In this document: positions 19,401-27,582 of the stretch, one piece after another
How positions within the stretch are numbered: position 1 is the stretch's first letter
Layout of the letters: each line of letters begins with the position of its first letter
Assembly: GCA_017558165.1 (NCBI GenBank)
Contig: JAFYWE010000193.1
Coordinates: 1 to 34,420 of the forward strand
DNA: 34,420 nt
Source of the DNA: Bacteroidaceae bacterium
GTDB lineage: Bacteria; Bacteroidota; Bacteroidia; Bacteroidales; Bacteroidaceae
Reading direction: 5' to 3'
Made by a program: the position numbers and the translations under genes
Notes under the pieces: generated by a model
Database searches by the model: none
Told to the model about the DNA's origin: nothing
Seen by the model: only the letters and a program-made list of their open reading frames with translations

Positions 19401-19584
19401 GTGTGAGGACAACGACACCGCTCTCTTCCTTCTCGGCAAGGATATACTTCTCAGGGATAGCTATCACCTGTCCGTCCTTCATTGTCATGTAACGGGTCTT
19501 GCCTGTAACGTCAGATGTTCCCTGGGCAAAGACACCCGCACATGAGAGCACCATGACTGCGATTAGAGTAAAGATTTTTTTCAT
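16453..19584 (-). CDS. Large secreted CotH-kinase-family protein with an N-terminal discoidin-like region and a possible C-terminal sorting tail
   Basis: 1043 aa with signal peptide MKKIFTLIAVMVLSCAGVFAQ. A discoidin-like stretch is present (IWDDSEATYYHSTWGDG...WPYIEIEL). The CotH-like core reads NPYRIKFPKKQK...WVFIANKQNGSMITN...DLYINGHYRGSYCFTEKI...LLELDDYYDE...HPKSCYLF. The C-terminus reads ...IYDVYGRRVLEPVKGKIYIVNGKKVIF. Confidence 0.85.
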   Translation of the reverse strand: MKKIFTLIAVMVLSCAGVFAQGTSDVTGKTRYMTMKDGQVIAIPEKYILAEKEESGVVVLTLEGGKTFTYSASNVESQSDSYDVTAYKLNSFAFTHEDNDQVYADVEATIKEEGDTVYVSANVPVIGKRLRPAFTVGEGTTMWVGAEQQVSGQSSQRYTTPVVYTIAEPEHWIYSVTEIKAEEPEKPSEPEVQEGWVDTKLDISKYTTTNAPSNYSDDLSNIWDDSEATYYHSTWGDGYYQKLTWVNGGYYGDGVTEWPYIEIELAEALDVFCLSYTTSSQDNRFPLGWRITALNANTGKWDEIDVLTAEEDGLPEKYLQKFVTPRYELGDDYTAIRLELTKASYKNYLVIGDLSLYSCKYVQPADKDNGDEEPGVSADPDKVGDFIPFGRPCKVSVNYLTDNATGDYKIPTVYITFGDGVSWNSSQWIGQTLYDEQGNAYNTKEEWIKDCTFRLDGAGVWPDIETVEGCEVRGRGNSSWSWSYMSKNPYRIKFPKKQKQAPFNLTKDRQWVFIANKQNGSMITNSIAQKVAAMVDGEALCHMIPVDLYINGHYRGSYCFTEKIGIADNSVAIDEATGCLLELDDYYDENFRFRDNTYYLPVNVKDPDFSEEDEERVVTFDAIQQSVNNMTNTLYWNGDITQHIDMESWAKFWLVNDLVRNVETYHPKSCYLFNEDVVGGAKWKFGPAWDFDWAFGYEETYSYFYSGATEDLYSKRSGKAGYNFYNDLRNTVAGKRAYYKEWLDFVAEGRIDELTEYIADYTDFALLSIAHNNDANVSEKNSTDYAAQVGRSQQWMRDRAEFIMNGLTKYDDISSGYEIPEDFGKPLEALLIVDALHQDFAPEFEEYASVSYVRGMTEGVYGTVVLPFAPDAESLENYAFYALSEAGDGYIRFEEVAEPVANMPYLYTLREGKENTPVTGGYTVISTTAGKSSVDGWETIGSFFNKTLRTGNNKYYMFSAEDGNLAKVADRTEVLPYRAYFRNNSAVDETLCVYIGDEVCSIKVPGEDIEGFGTEHIYDVYGRRVLEPVKGKIYIVNGKKVIF

Positions 19585-19622
19585 ATAAAATGGGATTTAT
19601 TGATTATCCGTAAAATATTCCT

Positions 19623-19653
19623 TAAAAATAGGCATTATTTCCGTGCCCGCAAA
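19623..19653 (-). promoter_or_regulatory. Candidate promoter of the CotH-domain gene
   Basis: The minus strand reads TTTG (19653 to 19650), a 19-nt spacer, then TATTTTTA (19630 to 19623; 1 mismatch). The ATG at 19584 lies 39 nt downstream. Confidence 0.5.
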
Positions 19654-19693
19654 GCGTTGGGGCGAATAATTATCATATTTGGCACCAAACACA

Positions 19694-19722
19694 TTGACAC
19701 ACCAAAAAAAAATGTAACTTTG
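19694..19722 (+). promoter_or_regulatory. Candidate promoter of the ABC-F gene
   Basis: TTG (19694-19696), an 18-nt spacer, then TAACTTTG (19715-19722), a perfect TAnnTTTG. It is about 70 nt upstream of the TTG start. Confidence 0.45.
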
Positions 19723-19790
19723 CAGTTCTGCCACAGATTACGCGGCAACAGAGAATCTTACATTTGACACACATAAAACAATAAGGAATT

Positions 19791-21716
19791 TTGCTTTCGA
19801 TCGATAACATAAGAGTGGATTTTGGCGGCACCAACCTGCTGCGCGACGTCAGCTTCATCATCAACAAGCGCGACAGGATTGCGCTGGTGGGCAAGAACGG
19901 TGCGGGAAAGAGTACATTGCTCAAGATCATTGCCGGCCTGCAGTCGCCAACGGAGGGCGCCATATCAAAGCCAAAGGAGTTCACCATAGGCTACCTGCCA
20001 CAGGTAATGCACCACACCGACGGCCGCACGGTATACGAGGAGGCCGAACTGGCGTTTGAGCACATACATGAGATGGAGGCGCGCCTGGAGAGGATGAACA
20101 ACGAGCTTGCCGAGCGCAATGACTATGAGAGCGAGGAGTACCACAAGCTCATTGACGAGTACACCCACCTGAACGAGCAGTACACAATGATGGGCGGTAG
20201 CCACTACGAGGCGGAGATTGAGCGCGCGCTCACCGGACTCGGATTCGCACGCGAGGACTTCACACGCCCCACAAGGGAGTTCAGCGGTGGATGGCGCATG
20301 CGCATTGAGCTGGCGAAGCTGTTGCTTCAGCACCCCGATATTCTATTGCTTGACGAGCCTACCAACCACCTCGACATCGAGAGTATCCAGTGGCTGGAGC
20401 AGTTCCTGGCACGCAGTGGCAACGCCGTGTTGCTGGTGAGCCATGACCGTGCTTTCCTTAACGCGGTAACCAACCGTACGATAGAAATATCCTGCGGACG
20501 CATCTATGACTACAGGTTGCCATACGACAAGTTCATGGAGGCACGCAAGGAGCGCAGGGAACAGCAGTTGAGGGCATATGAGAACCAGCAGAAGGAGATT
20601 GCCGACACCAAGGAGTTCATCGAGCGTTTCCGCTACAAGCCGACCAAGGCCGTGCAGGTACAGAGCCGCATAAAGCAGCTCGAGAAGATGGTGCCCATTG
20701 AGATTGACGAGGAGGACACAAGCCGTCTGAGACTGAAATTCGCCCCTGCTACACGCAGTGGCAACTACCCTGTCATTTGCGACGGCGTGGCAAAGAGTTT
20801 CGGTGAGCACACGGTTTTCAGCGGAGTGAATTTCACCATAAACCGCGGTGAAAAGGTCGCTTTTGTGGGACGCAACGGCGAGGGAAAGACCACGCTGGTA
20901 CGCTGTATACTTGGAGAGCTGGGCTTTGACGGCGACATCACAATTGGCCACAACGTGGAGACCGCCTACTTTGCACAGCACGAGGCACAGTTGCTCGACG
21001 AGAACCTGACCGTGTTCCAGACAATCGACAACGTTGCGACCGGTGACATACGCCTGCGCATACGCGATATCCTTGGCGCATTCATGTTCGGCGGAGAGGC
21101 ATCGGACAAGCCCGTGAAGGTACTCTCGGGTGGCGAGAGAAGCCGTCTGGCAATGATACGCCTGTTGTTGAGGCAGATGAACCTGCTCATCCTTGACGAG
21201 CCTACCAACCACCTCGACATGCAGTCGAAGGATGTGCTCAAGGATGCCATACGCGACTTTGACGGAACGGTAATCATCGTGAGCCACGACCGTCAGTTCC
21301 TTGACGGCCTGGTGACCAAGGTCTATGAGTTCGGCGACGGAAAGGTACGCGAGCATCTTGGCGGTATATACGACTACCTTGCGAAGAAGAATGCAAGCAA
21401 CATAAACGAGGCGTTGGCACTGAGCAAGAGCCCTACACAGCAGAACGAGGCACCGAAGCCTGCGAACGAGAACCGCCTGAGCTACGAGGCCGAGAAGCAG
21501 TTGCAGAAACAGCGCCGCAAGCTGGAGAAGAAGGTCGAGGACAACGAGAATGCGATAAACGAGCTCGAGGGAGCCATAGCTGCACTCGAGGCCGTGATGA
21601 GCACAGCCGAAGGAAGCACACAGGAGAACTTCACCAAATACGCCACACTAAAGAAACAGCTTGATGATGCTGTCGCCGAGTGGGAGAAGAGTATGGAGGA
21701 GCTCGACAGCCTGTAA
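19791..21716 (+). CDS. ABC-F family ATPase (two ABC cassettes, no TM domain; translation-factor-type)
   Basis: 641 aa. Walker A appears as GKNGAGKST and GRNGEGKTT, the signature as FSGGWRMR and LSGGERSR, and Walker B as LLLDEPTNHLD and LILDEPTNHLD. It has a charged coiled-coil C-terminal extension. The start codon is TTG. Confidence 0.93.
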   Translation: MLSIDNIRVDFGGTNLLRDVSFIINKRDRIALVGKNGAGKSTLLKIIAGLQSPTEGAISKPKEFTIGYLPQVMHHTDGRTVYEEAELAFEHIHEMEARLERMNNELAERNDYESEEYHKLIDEYTHLNEQYTMMGGSHYEAEIERALTGLGFAREDFTRPTREFSGGWRMRIELAKLLLQHPDILLLDEPTNHLDIESIQWLEQFLARSGNAVLLVSHDRAFLNAVTNRTIEISCGRIYDYRLPYDKFMEARKERREQQLRAYENQQKEIADTKEFIERFRYKPTKAVQVQSRIKQLEKMVPIEIDEEDTSRLRLKFAPATRSGNYPVICDGVAKSFGEHTVFSGVNFTINRGEKVAFVGRNGEGKTTLVRCILGELGFDGDITIGHNVETAYFAQHEAQLLDENLTVFQTIDNVATGDIRLRIRDILGAFMFGGEASDKPVKVLSGGERSRLAMIRLLLRQMNLLILDEPTNHLDMQSKDVLKDAIRDFDGTVIIVSHDRQFLDGLVTKVYEFGDGKVREHLGGIYDYLAKKNASNINEALALSKSPTQQNEAPKPANENRLSYEAEKQLQKQRRKLEKKVEDNENAINELEGAIAALEAVMSTAEGSTQENFTKYATLKKQLDDAVAEWEKSMEELDSL

Positions 21717-21724
21717 TATTACCA

Positions 21725-21750
21725 CCTTAAGGACTCTAAAGACCTTAAGG
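21725..21750 (+). terminator. Possible hairpin after the ABC-F gene
   Basis: Two copies of the palindromic octamer CCTTAAGG (21725-21732 and 21743-21750) can pair around a 10-nt loop. There is no U-tract. Confidence 0.3.
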
Positions 21751-21781
21751 GCCCGAATATGATTATTATAATTCAAAGAAT

Positions 21782-23806
21782 ATGAAAAAGTTATTTATCT
21801 GCACGGCGGTGGCTTTGAGCCTTGGCGCGTGCACAACAAACGAGACTATGGAGACTAAATTGATGGCAAACCTGGACACAACCCAGGACCCCGGTACCGA
21901 TTTCTTCCGTTACGCCACTGGCGGATGGCAGGACGCTAACCCCTTGACCGACGAGTATGCACGTTACGGCCAGTTCGACGCTTTGCGCGAGAAGAGCAAG
22001 GAGCAGTTGAAGGAGCTCGTGCTTGAGCAGGCAGCCAAGCAGAGCGAGCCAGGCAGTAACGCGCAGAAGGTGGGCGACCTCTACAATATGGTCATGGACA
22101 GCACCACACGCAACGCACAGGGCACTGCTCCCGTGAAGCCTCTGATGGATGAGGTGGCAGCCATAAAGGCAAAGAGCGAGATCATCCCATTGGTGGCCAA
22201 GAACAACCGCGTGGGTATCGGCGGTTTCTTCGGCACCGGTATCGGCACCGACATCATGGACAGCAACAGCAACCAGCTCGGCCTGTACCAGGGCGGTCTC
22301 TCACTCCCCGAGAAGGAGTACTACAGCGACAACGACGAGATTACACTCAACATCCGTGCGAAGTTCCAGGAGTACGTGGTGAACATGTTCAAGCTCCACG
22401 GCTTTACAGCTGACGAGGCACAGAAGAAGATGGAGGCTGTACTTGGCATCGAGACACGCATCGCAGCCAAGCACCTGAGCCGTGTGGAGCGTCGCGACCC
22501 GCTCAAGAGCTACCACAAGATGACATACGCCGAGCTCAAGAACACCATCCCAAGCATCAACTGGGACGAGTACTACAGCATCCTTGGCATCAACGGTATC
22601 GAGGTCCTGAACCTTGCACACCCAGAGGCCATCAAGGAGGTTGCGGCAATCATCAACGAGTGCCCGCTCGACGACCTCAAGGCTTATCTTGAGTGGAGAA
22701 TCATCCGTTCTACATCGAACGAGTTGACCGACGAGATCGAGGCCGAGACATTCGCATTCTACGGCACCGTATTGAGCGGCAAGAAGGTACAGCAGCCACG
22801 TTGGAAGCGCGCGCTCACAGCCGTTGACGGCGAATTGGGCGACATCATCGGCGAGCTCTACGTTGCAAAGCACTTCCCACCTGCAGCCAAGGAGCGCATG
22901 ACCGAGCTTGTAAAGAACCTGCAGATTGCACTCGGCCAGCGCATCGACGCCCAGGAGTGGATGAGCGAGGAGACCAAGAAGGCCGCACACGAGAAGCTGA
23001 ACACATTCACAGTGAAGATCGGTTACCCCGACAAGTGGGATGACTACAGCGCACTCACAATTGACCCTGCACTCAGCTACGCCGAGAACTGCCGCAACAT
23101 GGCGGAGTTCGGTTGGAAGAAGCACATCGATGAGAAGTGGGGTAAGCCTGTTGACCGCGAGGAGTGGCACATGACTCCACAGACCGTGAACGCATACTAC
23201 AACCCTACTACAAACGAGATCTGCTTCCCTGCAGGTATCCTCCAGTACCCATTCTTTGACATGGAGGAGGACGACGCGTTCAACTACGGTGCCATAGGTG
23301 TGGTAATCGGCCATGAGATGACACACGGATTCGACGACCAGGGCCGTCAGTTCGACAAGGACGGCAACTTCGCGAACTGGTGGACCGAGGAGGATGCTGC
23401 CAAGTTCAACGAGCGCACACAGGTAATCGTGGACTTCTTCGACAAGATCGAGGTGCTCCCTGGCCTGAATGCAAACGGTAAGCTCACATTGGGTGAGAAC
23501 ATCGCCGACCACGGAGGTCTCACAATCGCAATGCAGGCGTTCAAGAACGCTACAAAGGAGAACGCATTGCCTGTAATCAACGGCCTCACGGCTGAGCAGC
23601 GTTTCTACATCGCATACTCAGGCGTATGGGCAGGACACGTACGCGACGAGGAGATACGTAACCTCACAAAGAGCGACGTTCACTCACTCTCACGTTGGAG
23701 AGTAAACGCAACCCTGCCGCACATCAACGACTGGTACACCGCATTCGGCATCACCGAGGAGAGCCCGATGTTCGTACCTGCCGAGGAGAGACTTGACGTT
23801 TGGTAA
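21782..23806 (+). CDS. pepO: M13-family zinc metallopeptidase (PepO / neprilysin-like) lipoprotein
   Basis: 674 aa with lipobox LSLGAC, the zincin motif VIGHEMTHGFD and the downstream ENIADHGG. Confidence 0.93.
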   Translation: MKKLFICTAVALSLGACTTNETMETKLMANLDTTQDPGTDFFRYATGGWQDANPLTDEYARYGQFDALREKSKEQLKELVLEQAAKQSEPGSNAQKVGDLYNMVMDSTTRNAQGTAPVKPLMDEVAAIKAKSEIIPLVAKNNRVGIGGFFGTGIGTDIMDSNSNQLGLYQGGLSLPEKEYYSDNDEITLNIRAKFQEYVVNMFKLHGFTADEAQKKMEAVLGIETRIAAKHLSRVERRDPLKSYHKMTYAELKNTIPSINWDEYYSILGINGIEVLNLAHPEAIKEVAAIINECPLDDLKAYLEWRIIRSTSNELTDEIEAETFAFYGTVLSGKKVQQPRWKRALTAVDGELGDIIGELYVAKHFPPAAKERMTELVKNLQIALGQRIDAQEWMSEETKKAAHEKLNTFTVKIGYPDKWDDYSALTIDPALSYAENCRNMAEFGWKKHIDEKWGKPVDREEWHMTPQTVNAYYNPTTNEICFPAGILQYPFFDMEEDDAFNYGAIGVVIGHEMTHGFDDQGRQFDKDGNFANWWTEEDAAKFNERTQVIVDFFDKIEVLPGLNANGKLTLGENIADHGGLTIAMQAFKNATKENALPVINGLTAEQRFYIAYSGVWAGHVRDEEIRNLTKSDVHSLSRWRVNATLPHINDWYTAFGITEESPMFVPAEERLDVW

Positions 23807-23901
23807 GAATTGTCAAACAAGACCAGTGATGCCCCAAAAGGAGATTTGAGATTTTTCACTACGTTCAAAATGGCAACAGGATGTCATTATATCCGCGAAG
23901 C

Positions 23902-24029
23902 CATTGGCTCGTTCATTAACGAACTCACCGATAACAAAGAAAAATCATTGGCTCGTTCATTATTGAACTCACCGATAACAAAGAAAAGTCATTGGCTCGT
24001 TCATTAATGAACTCACCGATAACAAAACA
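23902..24029. repeat. Three tandem 44-bp repeats, each carrying a 14-bp (near-)palindrome
   Basis: Units start at 23902, 23946 and 23990: CATTGGCTCGTTCATTA(A/T)(C/T)GAACTCACCGATAACAAAGAAAA... Unit 3 contains the perfect palindrome GTTCATTAATGAAC. Confidence 0.85.
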
Positions 24030-24116
24030 CCGTTTTGTCATTCTGAGTGAAACGAAGAATCTCTGAAGACCTACTGAGTCATCACACGCCAACAATGACA
24101 TACTACAATATTTGAA

Positions 24117-24992
24117 ATGCCACTTAAAGTACCTGCAGGCTTGCCTGCACTGCAAAATGTAATTGACGAGGGCAACGCGGTAGAGATCCTCAAGGAGCCT
24201 ACCGCGGAGACCCTTCGCATAGCCCTGCTCAACATAATGCCCATGAAGGAGACCACCGAGGCCGACTTCATACGCCTGCTTGCCACATCGGACAAGGAGA
24301 TTGAGCTCACCCTGATGAAGCTTGACACCCACACGCCCAAGCATGCAAACCCCGAGCATATGAGCCGTTACTACAGGGCGTTCAGCGAGTTGAAGGACAA
24401 GCACTTCGACGGCCTGCTGATAACAGGCGCACCCATTGAGAAGATAGAGTATGAGGAGGTCACATACTGGCCCGAGCTATGCACCATCTTCAACTGGGCA
24501 AGGGAGCACGTCACCTCTACCCTCTTCATCTGCTGGGCCGCACAGGCCGGACTGTACCAGAGATTCGGTATACAGAAGCACCTGCTGCCCAAGAAGATGT
24601 TCGGCATCTTCCCACACACCATCGCCAAGCCGGAGCTGCCGTTGTTCGACGGCTTTGACAGCACCATCTACGTGCCTCACAGCCGCCACACTGAGATAAG
24701 GCGAGAAGATGTAGTTGCCGAAGAGAGAATTGAACTGCTGTCGGAGAGCGACATATCGGGCGTGTACATAATGCAGGAGAAGGGCACACGCGACTTCTTC
24801 ATTACGGGACACTCCGAGTACGCACTATACACGCTCGACGGAGAGTACAAGCGCGATGTCTCAAAGGGACTGCCCATTGAGCTGCCGCTCAACTACTACC
24901 GCGATGACAACCCCGCCAACGAGCCCGTGAACCTGTGGCAACACACGGCACGCAAGCTCTTCGGTAACTGGTTAAGATACTATTGCAGATAA
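24117..24992 (+). CDS. metA: Homoserine O-acyltransferase (MetA family; succinyl or acetyl specificity not determinable)
   Basis: 291 aa. MPLKVPAGLPA..., LNIMPMKETTE, FDGLLITGAP and HVTSTLFICWAAQAG (active-site Cys region) are collinear with E. coli MetA. Confidence 0.92.
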   Translation: MPLKVPAGLPALQNVIDEGNAVEILKEPTAETLRIALLNIMPMKETTEADFIRLLATSDKEIELTLMKLDTHTPKHANPEHMSRYYRAFSELKDKHFDGLLITGAPIEKIEYEEVTYWPELCTIFNWAREHVTSTLFICWAAQAGLYQRFGIQKHLLPKKMFGIFPHTIAKPELPLFDGFDSTIYVPHSRHTEIRREDVVAEERIELLSESDISGVYIMQEKGTRDFFITGHSEYALYTLDGEYKRDVSKGLPIELPLNYYRDDNPANEPVNLWQHTARKLFGNWLRYYCR

Positions 24993-25030
24993 ACGATTAA
25001 TGGCGGCCGCATGGTCGCCATTAATCGTTT
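24991..25030 (+). terminator. Strong hairpin overlapping the metA stop
   Basis: AAACGATTAATGGCG (24991-25005) pairs perfectly over 15 bp with CGCCATTAATCGTTT (25016-25030), extendable to about 18 bp around a GCAT loop. A/T runs lie inside the arms rather than forming a separate U-tract. Confidence 0.65.
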
Positions 25031-25197
25031 ATCTTGGAATTACAAAAAGCCAAGGGCAAATTCGCTTTTCAACCACCTTAGGGAAACGAATAAAAGATGA
25101 AGTTCAAGGCTTGCGAAGTCCTAAAAACCGCAGTTTACTTTGAAGTAAATGAGGATTTTTAAGACAAGCGTAACGCTGAAATTCGCTTTTTAGTCGT

Positions 25198-25596
25198 TTA
25201 CTTTCCAGTTTCCACCCACGCATTATACCCCTTATCAAGTTCCAGCACATTATAGCCCATCATCGAGAGCATCTTGGCGGCATTCTTGCTGCGGTTACCG
25301 CTACGGCAGTATACAGCAACGGTACGTTCCTTGTCAAGGACAGCGGCAGCCTCATCGGCAAAACGACCGGTCATCACGTCGATATTGACGCTACCGGGTA
25401 TGTTGCCGGCATTGTACTCGTCGGGGGTGCGCACATCAACAAGTTGTACGCCCTGCACCGAGATTGAATCGGCAAAAGCCTCAACCGACAGCGAGGTTAT
25501 CTTTCCCTCACCATGAACCTCTTTACTGAATGACATGGTACACGATATTAACAGCAGTTGAAATAATAACCACAGACCGATTTGTTTGCTTTTCAT
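25198..25596 (-). CDS. Rhodanese-domain lipoprotein (sulfurtransferase-like)
   Basis: 132 aa with lipobox LLLISC and the active-site loop VAVYCRSGNRS. Confidence 0.88.
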   Translation of the reverse strand: MKSKQIGLWLLFQLLLISCTMSFSKEVHGEGKITSLSVEAFADSISVQGVQLVDVRTPDEYNAGNIPGSVNIDVMTGRFADEAAAVLDKERTVAVYCRSGNRSKNAAKMLSMMGYNVLELDKGYNAWVETGK

Positions 25597-25603
25597 ACTC
25601 CAT

Positions 25604-26428
25604 TTATCGTCTTACATTCCACATCTTGTTGGTGGCATCGGCATTGAAGAGTACATCGATGTTTGCACCATCTTTCTCTTTGATGATTTCCCATGCACGC
25701 AACTGTATGAACTGGTCTGTTGTCAGGCCAAGTTCCTCCTGATATGCCTTGTCGGCAATGGCACGCTGGCGCTCGGCAGCCTCACGGGCAACAAGCATTT
25801 CACGTTTTGACTCCTCGGTGCGCTTTGCCTGTGTAGCGGCAGCTGTTGCATCCATCTCGGCCTTCTGGCGGTCGTTAGGAATGGCACGGCCCACAACCAC
25901 GTTCACCACATCAATGGGGAGCTCACCCTGCTTTGAACTCAACAAGGTGATATAGTTCTGCATATCACTCTTTACCAACAGGTTGATTGAATCCAGCACC
26001 TCACGGTTACTCATGAGGTCAAACGGACCGTACTTTGATATATAGCCACGTACGGTGTTGCGGTACACCTCCTTGATGACCGAATTGTACCAGTTGATAC
26101 CGTAGTTCTTTATGAGCACAGGCGACATATTGTCCCTTACCTGCAACTGAATCTGTGTATTGAAATCGAGCAGTGTGTTATCGTTTGATGTAGCATCGTC
26201 AAGATCCTCGTCATAGGCCTGTGGCAACATGTTCACGATAACGTAATCGGTTGAGAGCCAGGTATACTCCAAGCCGGTCTCTACAGGTGTCATGTCAACA
26301 CCACCGGTACCGAAAATCCATGGCTTATGTACCTTCACACCCTCTTCACCAGCCTCTGGGGCAACGGTCGTACAGCTTGCAAACATCAGTGACAAGCCAA
26401 GTACTCCAAATGCAAAAATGTTCTTCAT
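25604..26428 (-). CDS. SPFH/Band-7 (prohibitin-like) domain lipoprotein
   Basis: 274 aa with lipobox LMFASC. It has an SPFH-like core and an Ala/Glu/Arg-rich helical tail (AEMDATAAATQAKRTEESKREMLVAREAAERQRAIADKAY). Confidence 0.7.
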   Translation of the reverse strand: MKNIFAFGVLGLSLMFASCTTVAPEAGEEGVKVHKPWIFGTGGVDMTPVETGLEYTWLSTDYVIVNMLPQAYDEDLDDATSNDNTLLDFNTQIQLQVRDNMSPVLIKNYGINWYNSVIKEVYRNTVRGYISKYGPFDLMSNREVLDSINLLVKSDMQNYITLLSSKQGELPIDVVNVVVGRAIPNDRQKAEMDATAAATQAKRTEESKREMLVAREAAERQRAIADKAYQEELGLTTDQFIQLRAWEIIKEKDGANIDVLFNADATNKMWNVRR

Positions 26429-26445
26429 AGCTTTCTCTTTATTAG

Positions 26446-26790
26446 TTATAACAATTCTATAAGTTCTTCTTTGGTTATGCCAAGCATCCTTGCCTTGGCC
26501 TTGAACTGCGGCAGTTCATTGGCAATGAACTCCTTTTTGACGTTCTCCCTGATGCGCTCCACGGCGCCGCTCTTTACATAGTACCCCAAGCCACGCTTGT
26601 TGTAGATAATCTCCTGCGACTCCAGCAGCTGATAGGAGCGGACTATGGTATTGGGATTCACTCCCACCATTGCGCCCATCTCACGTACCGAGGGGATGCG
26701 CTCCTCCTCGGGCCACTCGCCGTGCACAATCTTCTCCTGCATCAGGTCAACGTTCTGCAGATAGATGGGTTTGTGTTCGTTATACTCCAT
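26446..26790 (-). CDS. GntR-family transcriptional regulator, YtrA-like (short, wHTH plus small C-terminal domain)
   Basis: 114 aa. IPSVREMGAMVGVNPNTIVRSYQLLESQEIIYNKRGLGYYV is the canonical GntR wHTH. Confidence 0.9.
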   Translation of the reverse strand: MEYNEHKPIYLQNVDLMQEKIVHGEWPEEERIPSVREMGAMVGVNPNTIVRSYQLLESQEIIYNKRGLGYYVKSGAVERIRENVKKEFIANELPQFKAKARMLGITKEELIELL

Positions 26791-26793
26791 AAA

Positions 26794-27576
26794 TCAGTAG
26801 TTTACTCTTTTTATCCTGAAATAGGTTATCGTAAGGGTAACAGATATCGCCAACAGATAGCCAAAGGTATATAAAGTATTGCAGAGTGCAAACATCTCTT
26901 CGGGCGTGTAGCCTTCGAAGAAGTTGTTTAAAAAGTCAGCAATCTCGTTCCATGTCTCGGCCGAGAAGCCTGCCGTGACGACTGCACCAATGATTACCAT
27001 AGAGAAACTCACTGCCATATTGAAGAGTACAGTCTTAATGATCTTGTTCTTGCGGAAGATAGCATTGAACATCATACCCGTTGATATTGACCATATGCTG
27101 GCAAGCATCGCATTACCGAACGGAAGCTCATCGAATTGAGCCAAAGCGACAAACGGATTATAGACCGAGATACCTGTAAAACGACCCATTCCCATACACG
27201 AAAGCATATAAAGGAATGCATCGGTCATTGTAAGTGCCGCATACACGGCAACGGGTACCACAATGAACGAGACAAGCGACATTGAGAGAAGTTTCTCGAG
27301 CGTACTTGCCGGAACCATGGCATAGCTGTAGCCCTTTTTCCTGTCATTGACACTCTTGTACACGAAATATGGCGACAGGAATACAGCCAAACCGTAAAGG
27401 AAAGCAATAGCCTCCTTCCTGTCAGGGAATGAAAAGTCGAATGCGATTGTAGCAATCCACATTGCGGCAATGAACGCCGAGAACACTATGAGTCCCTTTA
27501 TATAAAGCGGCAGGTAATTCTTGCACTCATAGAGGAATAGCTTGCCGAAGCGTCCGAAATCAAATGTATCGTTCAT
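26794..27576 (-). CDS. Integral membrane protein, putative permease partner of the adjacent ABC ATPase
   Basis: 260 aa with about 6 hydrophobic segments. A 6-nt gap separates it from the ATPase gene and a 3-nt gap from the GntR gene. Confidence 0.75.
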   Translation of the reverse strand: MNDTFDFGRFGKLFLYECKNYLPLYIKGLIVFSAFIAAMWIATIAFDFSFPDRKEAIAFLYGLAVFLSPYFVYKSVNDRKKGYSYAMVPASTLEKLLSMSLVSFIVVPVAVYAALTMTDAFLYMLSCMGMGRFTGISVYNPFVALAQFDELPFGNAMLASIWSISTGMMFNAIFRKNKIIKTVLFNMAVSFSMVIIGAVVTAGFSAETWNEIADFLNNFFEGYTPEEMFALCNTLYTFGYLLAISVTLTITYFRIKRVNY

Positions 27577-27582
27577 GGTTCC

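Noticed and set aside
20343-21356. A 337-aa minus-strand ORF inside the ABC-F gene. A similar 403-aa ORF lies at 22301-23512 inside the M13 peptidase gene, and others lie at 1064-1576, 4173-4787, 5049-5585 and 15190-15675.
   Set aside because: All are antisense to genes with unambiguous conserved motifs. Their products are low-complexity (V/L/A/H/R-rich) and lack plausible starts or promoters. This is typical codon-bias shadow ORF behaviour, not overprinted genes.
23807-24116. SAM riboswitch or other known Met leader upstream of metA
   Set aside because: The spacer consists of tandem 44-bp repeats and inverted repeat arms. I could not find the SAM-I conserved core or a four-way-junction arrangement.
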